DNA from: Acidimicrobiia bacterium
GTDB lineage: Bacteria; Actinomycetota; Acidimicrobiia; Acidimicrobiales; VFJN01
Assembly: GCA_046565645.1 (NCBI GenBank)
Contig: JBKHYD010000036.1
Location: forward strand, 66,630-130,629
Length of the DNA stretch: 64,000 nucleotides
Reading direction: 5' to 3'
Shown here: piece after piece, positions 18,350 to 26,956 of the stretch
Numbering within the stretch: position 1 is the stretch's first letter
How the letters are laid out: each line of letters begins with the position of its first letter
Translations under genes and position numbers: made by a program
The notes under the pieces: generated by a model
The model's input: the letters and a program-made list of their open reading frames with translations, nothing else
What the model was told of the DNA's origin: nothing
Database searches by the model: none

Positions 18350-20791
18350 TCAGTCGAAGGCCATGGCGACCCGGGACGAGCCGAGCGTGCCCTCGGCGGG
18401 GTGCGCGACCGTACGGGTCATGTCCGGCATGGCACCTCGCTCGCTCGCCAGCCGACGCAGGATGTCGGCGGCCGGCATGGGCCGGCCCAGCAGGTAGCCC
18501 TGCAGGTGGTCGCAGCCCTGCTCGACGAGGAACTGCTGCTGGTCGTCGGTCTCGACGCCCTCGGCGGTGATCCGCAGGCCGAGGCTGTGGCCCATGGCGA
18601 TGGTGGCACCCACGATGGCGGCGTCGCTCGGCGTCATCCCCTGGATGAAGGAGCGGTCGATCTTGAGCGAGGCGACCGGCAGCACGCTCAGGTACTGGAG
18701 GCTGGTGTAGCCGGTGCCGAAGTCGTCGATGGCTGAGCGCACGCCGAGCCGGCGGAGCTCGTCCAGGACTCGGGCCACCGAGTCGAGGTTGTCGACGATC
18801 GTGCTCTCGGTGAGCTCGATGATGAGCGAGCGCGGGTCAGCGCCGGTCTCGCGCAGGGCCGAGGTCACCGTGGAGACGAGATCGTGGCCGAAGTGGCGGG
18901 CGGCCACGTTCACCGAGATCGAGGCGCCGGTGATCCCGGCGTCCTGCCAACGCCGCAGCTCGCGGCACGCCTCGGTGACGACCTGGTCGCCCACGAGCAC
19001 GATGAGGTCGGACCGCTCGGCCACGGGGATGAACTCGGCCGGCGACAGGAGGCCCCGCTCGGGGTGCTGCCAGCGGACGAGGGCCTCGGCCCCCGTGGTC
19101 AGCCCGGTGCGGGCGTCGACGATGGGCTGGTAGTGCAGCACCAGCTCGCCTTCGGCCAGGGCGTCGAGGAGGGACGCCTCCAGGTGCATGCGCTCGAGCG
19201 CTTCGGTGGCGAGGTCAGCGTTGTAGACCTGCCAGCGGCTGCCCACCACCTCCTTGGCTCGGTACATGGCGGCGTCGGCGCGGGCCAGCAGGTCTTCGGC
19301 TGCCACCCCGTCCTCGGGGTAGACCGTCACGCCCATGCTGGCCGCCACCAGGACGCGCTCCCCCCCCACGGCGAAGGGGTCGCCCATGGCCTGGAGCAGG
19401 CGGTCGGCGACGAGCAGCACCTCGTTCGGGTCGTTGAGGTGGGGGAGCAAGACGACGAACTCGTCGCCGGACATCCGGGCGACGGTGTCCTCGAAGCGCA
19501 CGCAGCTCTGCATCCGCTCCGCCACCTGCTGGAGGAGGGCGTCGCCGGCGGCGTGGCCGTAGGTGTCGTTGACGTCCTTGAACCGATCGAGGTCCAGGAA
19601 CAGGAGGCCGACCGACCGACCGGTGCGCTCGGCGTGGGCGATCGAGCGCTCCAGCCGGTCGATGAGCAGCGTGCGGTTTGGCAGTCGGGTCAAGCTGTCG
19701 TGGGTGGCGCGGTGCTCGACGTCGGCCCGGTCGTGGAGGAGCTGGACGAGGTAGCTGGCGAGGACGATGCCGCTCAGCACGGCGCCGGTGGCCACGGTGG
19801 CCGAGGTGGCCACCCCCCGCACCGTCTGGACGGCCACCGCGCCCGGGGTGGCGAGCAGGGCGACGACGACCACAGCGGCGTGGGCGGTCGAGAACGGGTT
19901 GAGGTCCGCCACCGGCTCCGTCGGCTCGGCCTGGGCGGACGGGTGCAGCGCGGCCGCGCCCACCGCGGCGAGGCCCAGCGCAGCCAGTGCCGACACCCAC
20001 ATCGCCGAGCCGGTGTCGGTCAGGCTCTGCACCTGCTGGGAGAGGTGGGCGCCGAGGAGGAGGCCCACGGCGAGGTGCAACCAGCCGAGCGACCCGCGGC
20101 GGGCCTCGGCCGACGACAGGGTGCGGCCTCCGATGACGAGGAGGGCCACGTCCAGCCCGACGAGCATCGTCGCCGCCACGCTGCCGGCGTCGCCCCAGGT
20201 GGAGGTGAAGGTGAGGCTGCGCCAGTCCGAGGTGGCGACGTAGAGCACGATCCCCACCGCGGTGGCGACGAGGGCCGCCTCGACGAGGATGTCGGCGTCA
20301 CGGATCTGCCGGCGGGCTCGAACCAGGCTGAGGAGGGCACGTCCGAGGAACGGGTAGGCGGCCAGGGCCACGAGGGGCGCACCGAGCTGGGTGGCCGGGC
20401 CGGTGCCCACCCCTGCGCCCGAGACGGCCAGGAGCGCGACGGCGATCGACACCGGCACCAGCTGGCCTCCGAGGACTGCTTCGGGCCGTGCCGATCGGAG
20501 CGCCTTGGCAGCCAGCACGACCGAGACCGCGGCGCCGGTGACGAGGGCTGGGGCGGCACCGGCGACGACCGTGCTGGCGACGACGGCTGCCGCGATGAGC
20601 ACGGGCAGTGCGCGCTCACGGCGGTCGGTCGGCGCCCACGTCATGGTCTCTGCCATCGGCGCCGGGGCGGGCCGACCTGAGCACAAGGGGCCACCGCCCT
20701 TCGTCGTCGTCCCGCTTCGAGCGGTTTGCGGTGCTCTACGAGACCCCTCGGCTGTGCGCGAGACCGGGGGGATGGTCGTCCCCTCGGACAC
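18350..20791 (-). CDS. membrane-bound GGDEF/EAL domain protein (c-di-GMP turnover)
   Basis: Polytopic N-terminal half. GGDEF-type domain with RFKDVNDTYGHAAGD and an SGDEF active-site variant. EAL domain with EALVRW, DDFGTGYTSL, KIDRSF, AEGVET and QGYLLGRP. An alternative start is ATG 20656 (MAETMTW). Confidence 0.9.
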   Translation of the reverse strand: MSEGTTIPPVSRTAEGSRRAPQTARSGTTTKGGGPLCSGRPAPAPMAETMTWAPTDRRERALPVLIAAAVVASTVVAGAAPALVTGAAVSVVLAAKALRSARPEAVLGGQLVPVSIAVALLAVSGAGVGTGPATQLGAPLVALAAYPFLGRALLSLVRARRQIRDADILVEAALVATAVGIVLYVATSDWRSLTFTSTWGDAGSVAATMLVGLDVALLVIGGRTLSSAEARRGSLGWLHLAVGLLLGAHLSQQVQSLTDTGSAMWVSALAALGLAAVGAAALHPSAQAEPTEPVADLNPFSTAHAAVVVVALLATPGAVAVQTVRGVATSATVATGAVLSGIVLASYLVQLLHDRADVEHRATHDSLTRLPNRTLLIDRLERSIAHAERTGRSVGLLFLDLDRFKDVNDTYGHAAGDALLQQVAERMQSCVRFEDTVARMSGDEFVVLLPHLNDPNEVLLVADRLLQAMGDPFAVGGERVLVAASMGVTVYPEDGVAAEDLLARADAAMYRAKEVVGSRWQVYNADLATEALERMHLEASLLDALAEGELVLHYQPIVDARTGLTTGAEALVRWQHPERGLLSPAEFIPVAERSDLIVLVGDQVVTEACRELRRWQDAGITGASISVNVAARHFGHDLVSTVTSALRETGADPRSLIIELTESTIVDNLDSVARVLDELRRLGVRSAIDDFGTGYTSLQYLSVLPVASLKIDRSFIQGMTPSDAAIVGATIAMGHSLGLRITAEGVETDDQQQFLVEQGCDHLQGYLLGRPMPAADILRRLASERGAMPDMTRTVAHPAEGTLGSSRVAMAFD

Positions 20792-20803
20792 GGTCCGGCC
20801 CCG

Positions 20804-22882
20804 TCAGTCGCCGGGGAGGAGCTCCTCGTCGATGACGAGCCCGCGGCCCTCGCAGGTGGGGCAGCGCCCGGCGAAGCTCTCGAGCAGCCCCTCCCCGATC
20901 CGCTTCCGGGTCATCTCGCAGAGGCCGAGCTCGGAGATGTCGAACACCTGGGTGCGGGTCTTGTCCCGGGCGAGGGCCTCCTTGAACACCCGGACCACCT
21001 CGTCGCGGTTGGGCTTGACCTCCATGTCGATGAAGTCCACGACGATGATCCCGCCGACGTCCCGGAGCCGGAGCTGGCGAGCGATCTCCTGGGCGGCCTC
21101 GAGGTTGTTCCTGAAGACGGTCTCCTCGAGGTTCGAGGTGCCGACGTTCTTCCCGGTGTTGACGTCGATCACCGTGAGGGCCTCGGTGTGCTCGATGATC
21201 AGCGAGCCCCCGGAGGGCAGCCACACCTTCCGGTCGAGCGCCTTGTGCAGCTGCTCGTGGATGTGGAGCTTCTCGTAGAGCGGCAGGGGCTCGGACTCGC
21301 GGTCGTAGAGCTCGACCCGGTCGGCCAGCTCGGGGCTGATGCTGGCGACGTAGTCCCGGACCGACTCGTAGAGGGCCCGGTCGTCGATCACGACGCCGCG
21401 GTAGTCGTTGTTGAACTCCTCGCGGATGACCCGGACGGCCATGTCCGGCTCGCGGTAGAGCAGGGCCGGGGCCTGCGTCTTCTTGGCCAGGGCGTCGATC
21501 TGGTCCCACTGCTCGACGAGGCGGCGGACGTCGTTCTCGATCTCCTGGTCGGTCACGCCCTCGGCGGCGGTGCGGACGATCACCCCGTGCTGCTTCGGCT
21601 TGACCTTGTCGAGGATGTTGCGGAGGCGCTTGCGCTCGTCGTCGGCCAGGCGCTTGGAGATGCCGTAGGTGCTGCTGTTCGGGATCAGCACCACGAACCG
21701 CCCCGGCAGCGACACCTCCTGGGTGAGCCGTGCCCCCTTGGCACCGATCGGGTTCTTCGTGACCTGGCAGATGATCGTCTGCTTGGGCTTCAGGATCTGC
21801 TCGATGCGCAGGTTCGAGCCGTTCCCCTTGCCGGTGCCCCCGCTCTCGATGTCCTCGGGGTCGTAGTGGACGTCGCCCCGGTAGAGCACGGCGTTCTTCG
21901 GCGTGCTGATGTCCACGAACGCGGCCTCCATGCCGGGCAGGACGTTCTGGACGCGACCGAGGTAGATGTTCCCGTGGATCTGGGACACGTCGTCCGAGGG
22001 TCGGGACACGTAGTGCTCGATGAGGTTCCGGCCCTCGAGCACCGCGATCTGCGTGGCCCTGTCGGTGACGTGCACGGCCATGAGGTAGCGGCCGACGGGT
22101 CGACCCTTGCGCTCCCGCCCGCGGCGGGCCTCGAGGACGTCGTCGTCGAGGTCCACACCACCGGTGGGCAGGACCGCCTCCACCGGCTGGCCGGCGCGCT
22201 TGGCCCGGCCGCTCCTGCCCTTGGAGCCGGCGTCGGACCGGTCCTGACCGCCACCGTCGCCCTTGGCCTGGCCGCCGCCCTTGCCTCGCCCTCCGCGGCG
22301 CCGCTTGCGCTTCGGAGCCGCCGGCTCGGTCGCGGCCGGGCCCTCCGGGGCCAACCCCTCCGGAGCCGGGCGGCGGTCTCCGATCTGGGGCTTCCGGGGA
22401 GCCTTGGGCACGAGGGCGGCCTCGCCGGCCTCGGCCGAGGGGCGACCCTCCCGGTGGAGATCGGGGAGCTCCGGGTTGCGGTCGCCCACGTCGGCGCTGT
22501 CGGCCGGCGTTCCGCTCGTGCCGGCCCCAGGGTGGGCGCGCTCGCGCCCTGGCCCGGCCGCTGGGTCGCCCTCCGCGACGTCGCTCGGCCCGTCCTCGCG
22601 ATCGCTCGTGGCCTCCTCGGTGCGGGGCCGGCTCCGGTTCCGCCCACCGCGGGAGCCACGGCGACGGCGCTTGGGCGCACCGGCCTCTCCCGCGTCGGCT
22701 CCGGAACCCGTTGCGAGCCCGTCGCCCTGGCCATGGTCGCCCCCGCCCGCTCGCGCGGTCGGGCCGTCGACCCCTGGCTCCTGAGCGCCCTCGGCGGGGG
22801 CGCCGCTCGGCTCAGCCGGGCTGCTCGACGCGCGGTCGTTCGGGGTCGGACCGCCGGCGGAGGCGGTGGGTGTGTCGGTCAT
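20804..22882 (-). CDS. rne: ribonuclease E/G family endoribonuclease with an Arg/Gly/Pro-rich N-terminal extension
   Basis: S1 domain IYLGRVQNVLPGMEAAFVDI. Catalytic core ...SGGSLIIEHTEALTVIDVNTGK...IIVVDFIDM.... C-terminal CPTCEGRG zinc link. Confidence 0.9.
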   Translation of the reverse strand: MTDTPTASAGGPTPNDRASSSPAEPSGAPAEGAQEPGVDGPTARAGGGDHGQGDGLATGSGADAGEAGAPKRRRRGSRGGRNRSRPRTEEATSDREDGPSDVAEGDPAAGPGRERAHPGAGTSGTPADSADVGDRNPELPDLHREGRPSAEAGEAALVPKAPRKPQIGDRRPAPEGLAPEGPAATEPAAPKRKRRRGGRGKGGGQAKGDGGGQDRSDAGSKGRSGRAKRAGQPVEAVLPTGGVDLDDDVLEARRGRERKGRPVGRYLMAVHVTDRATQIAVLEGRNLIEHYVSRPSDDVSQIHGNIYLGRVQNVLPGMEAAFVDISTPKNAVLYRGDVHYDPEDIESGGTGKGNGSNLRIEQILKPKQTIICQVTKNPIGAKGARLTQEVSLPGRFVVLIPNSSTYGISKRLADDERKRLRNILDKVKPKQHGVIVRTAAEGVTDQEIENDVRRLVEQWDQIDALAKKTQAPALLYREPDMAVRVIREEFNNDYRGVVIDDRALYESVRDYVASISPELADRVELYDRESEPLPLYEKLHIHEQLHKALDRKVWLPSGGSLIIEHTEALTVIDVNTGKNVGTSNLEETVFRNNLEAAQEIARQLRLRDVGGIIVVDFIDMEVKPNRDEVVRVFKEALARDKTRTQVFDISELGLCEMTRKRIGEGLLESFAGRCPTCEGRGLVIDEELLPGD

Positions 22883-22897
22883 CAGGGGCGTCCCTTC

Positions 22898-23668
22898 TCA
22901 TGACGCACGCGCTCCCGCGTGCGGTGGCGACGTCGCCGCACGCGCGCCGTGGTCCCCGAGGGGGATCGGCTCGCAGCGGGCGCCGTCGACGTTCGTCCAT
23001 TGGTTCGTTCGCAGGACCCGACCCTCGCGCCAGGCGGGGTCGAGGGCTCGGAGCAGCTCCGCCGGGCGGAGGCTCCGGGGTTGGGTGGCCAGCTCGGCGA
23101 CGAGCAGCGGGCCGGCGGTGGCCACCCCCCGCAGGTCGTCGGCCGGGAGGGAGGCCGGGTGGAGGGCGTCGATCGGGGCCACAGCCCGGATCCCGGGCCG
23201 GGCGTCGACCTCGACCTCGGCGCCCTTGCGCTCGACGGTGAGCGGCAGGGCGGTGGCGGCCAGCGCCGCCTCCACGCCTCGGGCCAGCGCCGGGAGATCG
23301 GGGCCGAGGACCTCGATCTGCCAGGTGGAGCTGGTGACCGCAGCCTGCAGCGAGTCGGTGCCCGGCTCGAGCGCGGTGGCCGCCTGCGCGGTCATGCCCG
23401 CCGGCAGGTGCGGGGTGACCAGCAGCGGGAGGTCCTCCGGTGCGATCCCCGCCTCGGGGTGCAGGTCGACGTCGAGGTACTCACCGAGGCTCTCGTAGCC
23501 GGTCGAGAGGGCCAGGCCGAAGCTCAGCCTGGGGCGGGGTGAGAAGCCCTCGCTGTAGGCGACGCGGATCCCGGCCCGCCGGAGCGCGCGCTCCCAGACC
23601 CGAGCCAGGTCCCGGTGGGACAGGAACCGGATCTTGCCCCGCTTGTCGTAGCGGACCCTGGCCTTCAC
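22898..23668 (-). CDS. DUF2344 / TIGR03936-type radical-SAM-associated protein
   Basis: VKARVRYDKRGKIRFLSHRDLARVWERALRRAGIRVAYSEGFSPRPRLSFGLALSTG. The GTG at 23668 overlaps the upstream stop (GTGA). Only the 3' part of track ORF 22898..26836 is real. Confidence 0.8.
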   Translation of the reverse strand: MKARVRYDKRGKIRFLSHRDLARVWERALRRAGIRVAYSEGFSPRPRLSFGLALSTGYESLGEYLDVDLHPEAGIAPEDLPLLVTPHLPAGMTAQAATALEPGTDSLQAAVTSSTWQIEVLGPDLPALARGVEAALAATALPLTVERKGAEVEVDARPGIRAVAPIDALHPASLPADDLRGVATAGPLLVAELATQPRSLRPAELLRALDPAWREGRVLRTNQWTNVDGARCEPIPLGDHGARAATSPPHAGARAS

Positions 23669-25626
23669 GCCCCCACCTCGACGGGCTTGCGAGGCAGCAG
23701 CGTGACCGGGACCTCGCCGCCGCGCTGGAGGTCCTGGCCGGTTCCCTGGCTGCCACCGGCGGGCGGCACCGCCGAGGCCACCACGTGCTCGATGCCGTAG
23801 CCGGTGCATGCCCCGCAGTCGTAGCAGGGCGTCCAGCGGCAGTCTTCGAGGCCGACCTCGTCGAGGGCGTCGCGCCACTCCTGCCAGAGGAAGTCCTTGT
23901 GGAGCCCGGCCGAGAGGTGGTCCCAGGGGAGCACCTCGTCCTCGGTGCGGTGCCGGTGGCAGTACCAGTCCATGTCGAGGCCGTGGTCGGCCATCGCCGC
24001 CTGCCAGAGGTCGAGCCGGAGGTGCTCGCTCCACTCCTGGAACGTGCCGCCCTCCCGCCAGACCTGCTCGATGACGGGGGCGAGGCGCCGGTCGCCGCGG
24101 CTGAGGAGGCCCTCGACGAGGCTGGCCTTCGGGTCGTGCCACTTGAGCTGGACGTTGCTGGCCCGCTTCGACCGGGCCGCGTCGCGCAGCAGGTTGATCT
24201 TGCGGCGCAGCTCCTCCTCGGTGTTCATCCCGAACCACTGGAACGGGGTGAAGGCCTTCGGGACGAAGCCGCCGACGCTCACCGTGACCGAGCCCTTGTG
24301 GCCCTTCGCCTTGGCCAGCTCGAGGCAGCGCTGGGCCAGCTCGACGATGCCGAGGGTGTCTTCGTCGGTCTCGGTGGGGAGCCCGGTGAGGAAGTAGAGC
24401 TTCACGCGGCGCCAGCCCTGGCTGAAGGCCGAGTCGACGGCCGCGTAGAGGTCCTCCTCGGTGATGAGCTTGTTGATGACCTGACGCATCCGCCAGGTGC
24501 CGGCCTCCGGGGCGAAGGTGAGCCCGGTGCGGCGAGCCCGCTGGATCTGGGCGGCGACGCCGACGGTGAACGCGTCGACCCGGAGGCTGGGCAGGCTCAC
24601 GCTGACGTTGCCGCAGCCGACCTCGTCGTCCATGGCCGAGCCGACGACCTCTTCGATGCCGGAGAAGTCCGCCGTGGAGAGGCTGGTGAGGGCGACCTCG
24701 TCGTACCCGGTTCGGCGCAGGCCCTGGCGGACCATGTCGCTGACCTGCTCGGCCGGGCGCTCCCGGACCGGGCGGGTGATCATCCCGGCCTGGCAGAAGC
24801 GGCACCCCCGGGTGCAGCCCCGGAAGACCTCGACGTTGAGGCGGTCGTGGACGACCTCGGTGAGCGGGACCAGCTGCTGCTTCGGGTACGGCCACTCCCC
24901 CAGGTCGGCGATGGTGCGCTTCTCGACCTTCTCGGGCGCCGCGGGATCGATCGGCCGGGTGGCCTCGAGCCGGCCGTCGGGGAGGTAGGTGGCCTCGTAG
25001 AGCGACGGGACGTACACGCCCTCGATGCCGGCCAGGGTGCGCAGGATCGCCGTGCGGTCGTGGCGACCGCCGGCCTTCCACGCGCCGACGGCCTCGGTGA
25101 TCTCGCTCACGACCTCCTCGCCGTCGCCCAGGACCACGAAGTCCAGGAAGTCGGCGACCGGCTCGGGGTTGTAGGTGCTGTGCCCGCCCGCGCCCACGAT
25201 CGGGTGCTCGGCGCCGCGCTCCGCGCTGCGGATCGGGATGCGGGCCAGGTCCAGGCACATCAGCACGTTGGTGAAGACGAGCTCGGAGGACAGGTTGAAC
25301 GCCACGACGTCGAACTCGTCGGCGCTGCGGTGGGTGTCGACCGAGAAGAGGGGGATGTCCTCGCGCCGCATGACCTCCTCGAGGTCGGTCCACGGGGCGT
25401 AGGACCGCTCGGCGACGGCGTCGGGTCGCTCGTTCAGGATCTCGTAGAGGATCTGCAGGCCCTGGTTGGGCAGCCCGATCTCGTAGGTGTCGGGGTACAC
25501 CAGCAGCCACCCGACCCGGTGGGGGGCGGGTGCCGGGACCTCGGCGCCGAGCTCGCAGCCGATGTAGCGGGCAGGCTTCTGGACCGAGGCGAGGTGCGGC
25601 TCGAGGCGAGCCCAGACGTCGGCCAT
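23665..25626 (-). CDS. B12-binding-domain radical SAM protein (TIGR03960-type)
   Basis: Radical SAM cluster motif RGCTRGCRFCQAG. The N-terminus MADVWARLEPHLASVQKPARYIGCE is typical of this family. Confidence 0.85.
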   Translation of the reverse strand: MADVWARLEPHLASVQKPARYIGCELGAEVPAPAPHRVGWLLVYPDTYEIGLPNQGLQILYEILNERPDAVAERSYAPWTDLEEVMRREDIPLFSVDTHRSADEFDVVAFNLSSELVFTNVLMCLDLARIPIRSAERGAEHPIVGAGGHSTYNPEPVADFLDFVVLGDGEEVVSEITEAVGAWKAGGRHDRTAILRTLAGIEGVYVPSLYEATYLPDGRLEATRPIDPAAPEKVEKRTIADLGEWPYPKQQLVPLTEVVHDRLNVEVFRGCTRGCRFCQAGMITRPVRERPAEQVSDMVRQGLRRTGYDEVALTSLSTADFSGIEEVVGSAMDDEVGCGNVSVSLPSLRVDAFTVGVAAQIQRARRTGLTFAPEAGTWRMRQVINKLITEEDLYAAVDSAFSQGWRRVKLYFLTGLPTETDEDTLGIVELAQRCLELAKAKGHKGSVTVSVGGFVPKAFTPFQWFGMNTEEELRRKINLLRDAARSKRASNVQLKWHDPKASLVEGLLSRGDRRLAPVIEQVWREGGTFQEWSEHLRLDLWQAAMADHGLDMDWYCHRHRTEDEVLPWDHLSAGLHKDFLWQEWRDALDEVGLEDCRWTPCYDCGACTGYGIEHVVASAVPPAGGSQGTGQDLQRGGEVPVTLLPRKPVEVGA

Positions 25627-25740
25627 GGTCCGACCAGGGTACCGGACGACCCTCGCCGCCCTGACATCCCCTCAGAGCCCCCGACGTTCGGGACATCCCG
25701 GTACCGGATCGGTACCCCCACGTCCCGAGCTCGGGAGGGG

Positions 25741-26913
25741 TCAGCTGAAGCGGCGCATGTGGACGTTGAGGACGAGGCCCATGGCGATGAACGCGGTCAG
25801 GGTGCTGGAGCCGCCGTAGCTCATGAACGGGAGCGGGATGCCGGTGATCGGCATGATGCCCATCGTCATCCCGACGTTCTCGAACACCTGGAACACGAAC
25901 ATCGACAGGATCCCCACGCAGATGAGCGTGCCCAGCGGGTCGCGCGACAGCTGCGCGGTGCGCCAGATCCGCCAGGCGATGACGGCCAGCAGCAGGAGGA
26001 GCGTCCCCGCTCCGGCGAAGCCGAGCTCCTCCCCCACGGCCGTGAAGATGAAGTCCGTGTGCTGCTCCGGGACGATGTCGAGCCGGGTCTGGGTGCCCTC
26101 GAACAGGCCGGCTCCGAAGAGGGAGCCGGACCCGATGGCGACCTTCGCCTGGTCGAGGTTGTAGGCCGAGTCCCGCGCCTCGCAGTCCTGGTTCTGGGTT
26201 TCGAGGAAGGACGTGAGGCGGCACTGCTGGTAGGTCTCGAGCATGCCCGAGTTGAGGACGATCACGACCCCGAACAGCCCGGCCACCGTGAGCGCGGCGA
26301 TGTGGCGGACGCGCACCCCACCGATGAGGAACATCCCCATCCCGACGGCCACGAACACCAAGGTCGTCCCGAGGTCCGGCTGCAGCATGATCAGCGCCAT
26401 CGGCACCCCGGCGATGCCGAGCAGCACGCCGAGTCGCCGGGCGTCGATGTCCTGGTTGAAGTGGGTCATCGCCGACGCCAGCGCCACGATCACCACCACC
26501 TTGGCCAGCTCGGACGGCTGGAGCTGGAACGGCCCGAGCTGGAACCAGGCCTGCGCCCCCTTGCGCTCGCTGCCGAGGCCGGTGACGACCATGAGGAGCA
26601 GGAGCAGCACGCCGCCGTAGGCCAGCGGCGCCAGGTCCCGGTACCGGCGGTAGTCGAAGAACGCCGTGACGATCATGGCTCCGAAGCCGATGGCCACGAA
26701 GAGCAGCTGCCTCGTGAGGAACGAGGTGTCGAAGTCGGACGGGTCGCGGCCCCGGGTGGCGCTGAAGATCATCAGGCAGCCGAGTGCGGAGACGGCGGCG
26801 ACGGCGCCGAGGAGGGCGAAGTCCATGTGCCGCCACGGCGCCGCGGGGTTGCGCGACGTTCGACCGAGCGCGCCCGGGGCGACGCGGGTGCGGGTGGAGA
26901 AGGTGGTGGTCAC
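25741..26913 (-). CDS. rodA: rod-shape-determining SEDS glycosyltransferase RodA (FtsW/RodA/SpoVE family)
   Basis: Polytopic SEDS sequence (...PSELAKV..., TDFIFTAVGEELGF, GIPLPFMSYGGSS). Directly downstream of mrdA. Confidence 0.9.
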   Translation of the reverse strand: MTTTFSTRTRVAPGALGRTSRNPAAPWRHMDFALLGAVAAVSALGCLMIFSATRGRDPSDFDTSFLTRQLLFVAIGFGAMIVTAFFDYRRYRDLAPLAYGGVLLLLLMVVTGLGSERKGAQAWFQLGPFQLQPSELAKVVVIVALASAMTHFNQDIDARRLGVLLGIAGVPMALIMLQPDLGTTLVFVAVGMGMFLIGGVRVRHIAALTVAGLFGVVIVLNSGMLETYQQCRLTSFLETQNQDCEARDSAYNLDQAKVAIGSGSLFGAGLFEGTQTRLDIVPEQHTDFIFTAVGEELGFAGAGTLLLLLAVIAWRIWRTAQLSRDPLGTLICVGILSMFVFQVFENVGMTMGIMPITGIPLPFMSYGGSSTLTAFIAMGLVLNVHMRRFS

Positions 26914-26956
26914 CGCTGGCCTCCGCCGGGGACGCGACGCGTCGGGAGGAGCGCCA

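Noticed and set aside
22898-26836. Single 1312-aa ORF spanning the DUF2344, radical SAM and rodA regions
   Set aside because: Only the last 256 codons (22898..23668) read as a real protein (DUF2344). Upstream, the frame is Arg/Pro-rich nonsense overlapping the true radical SAM and rodA frames.
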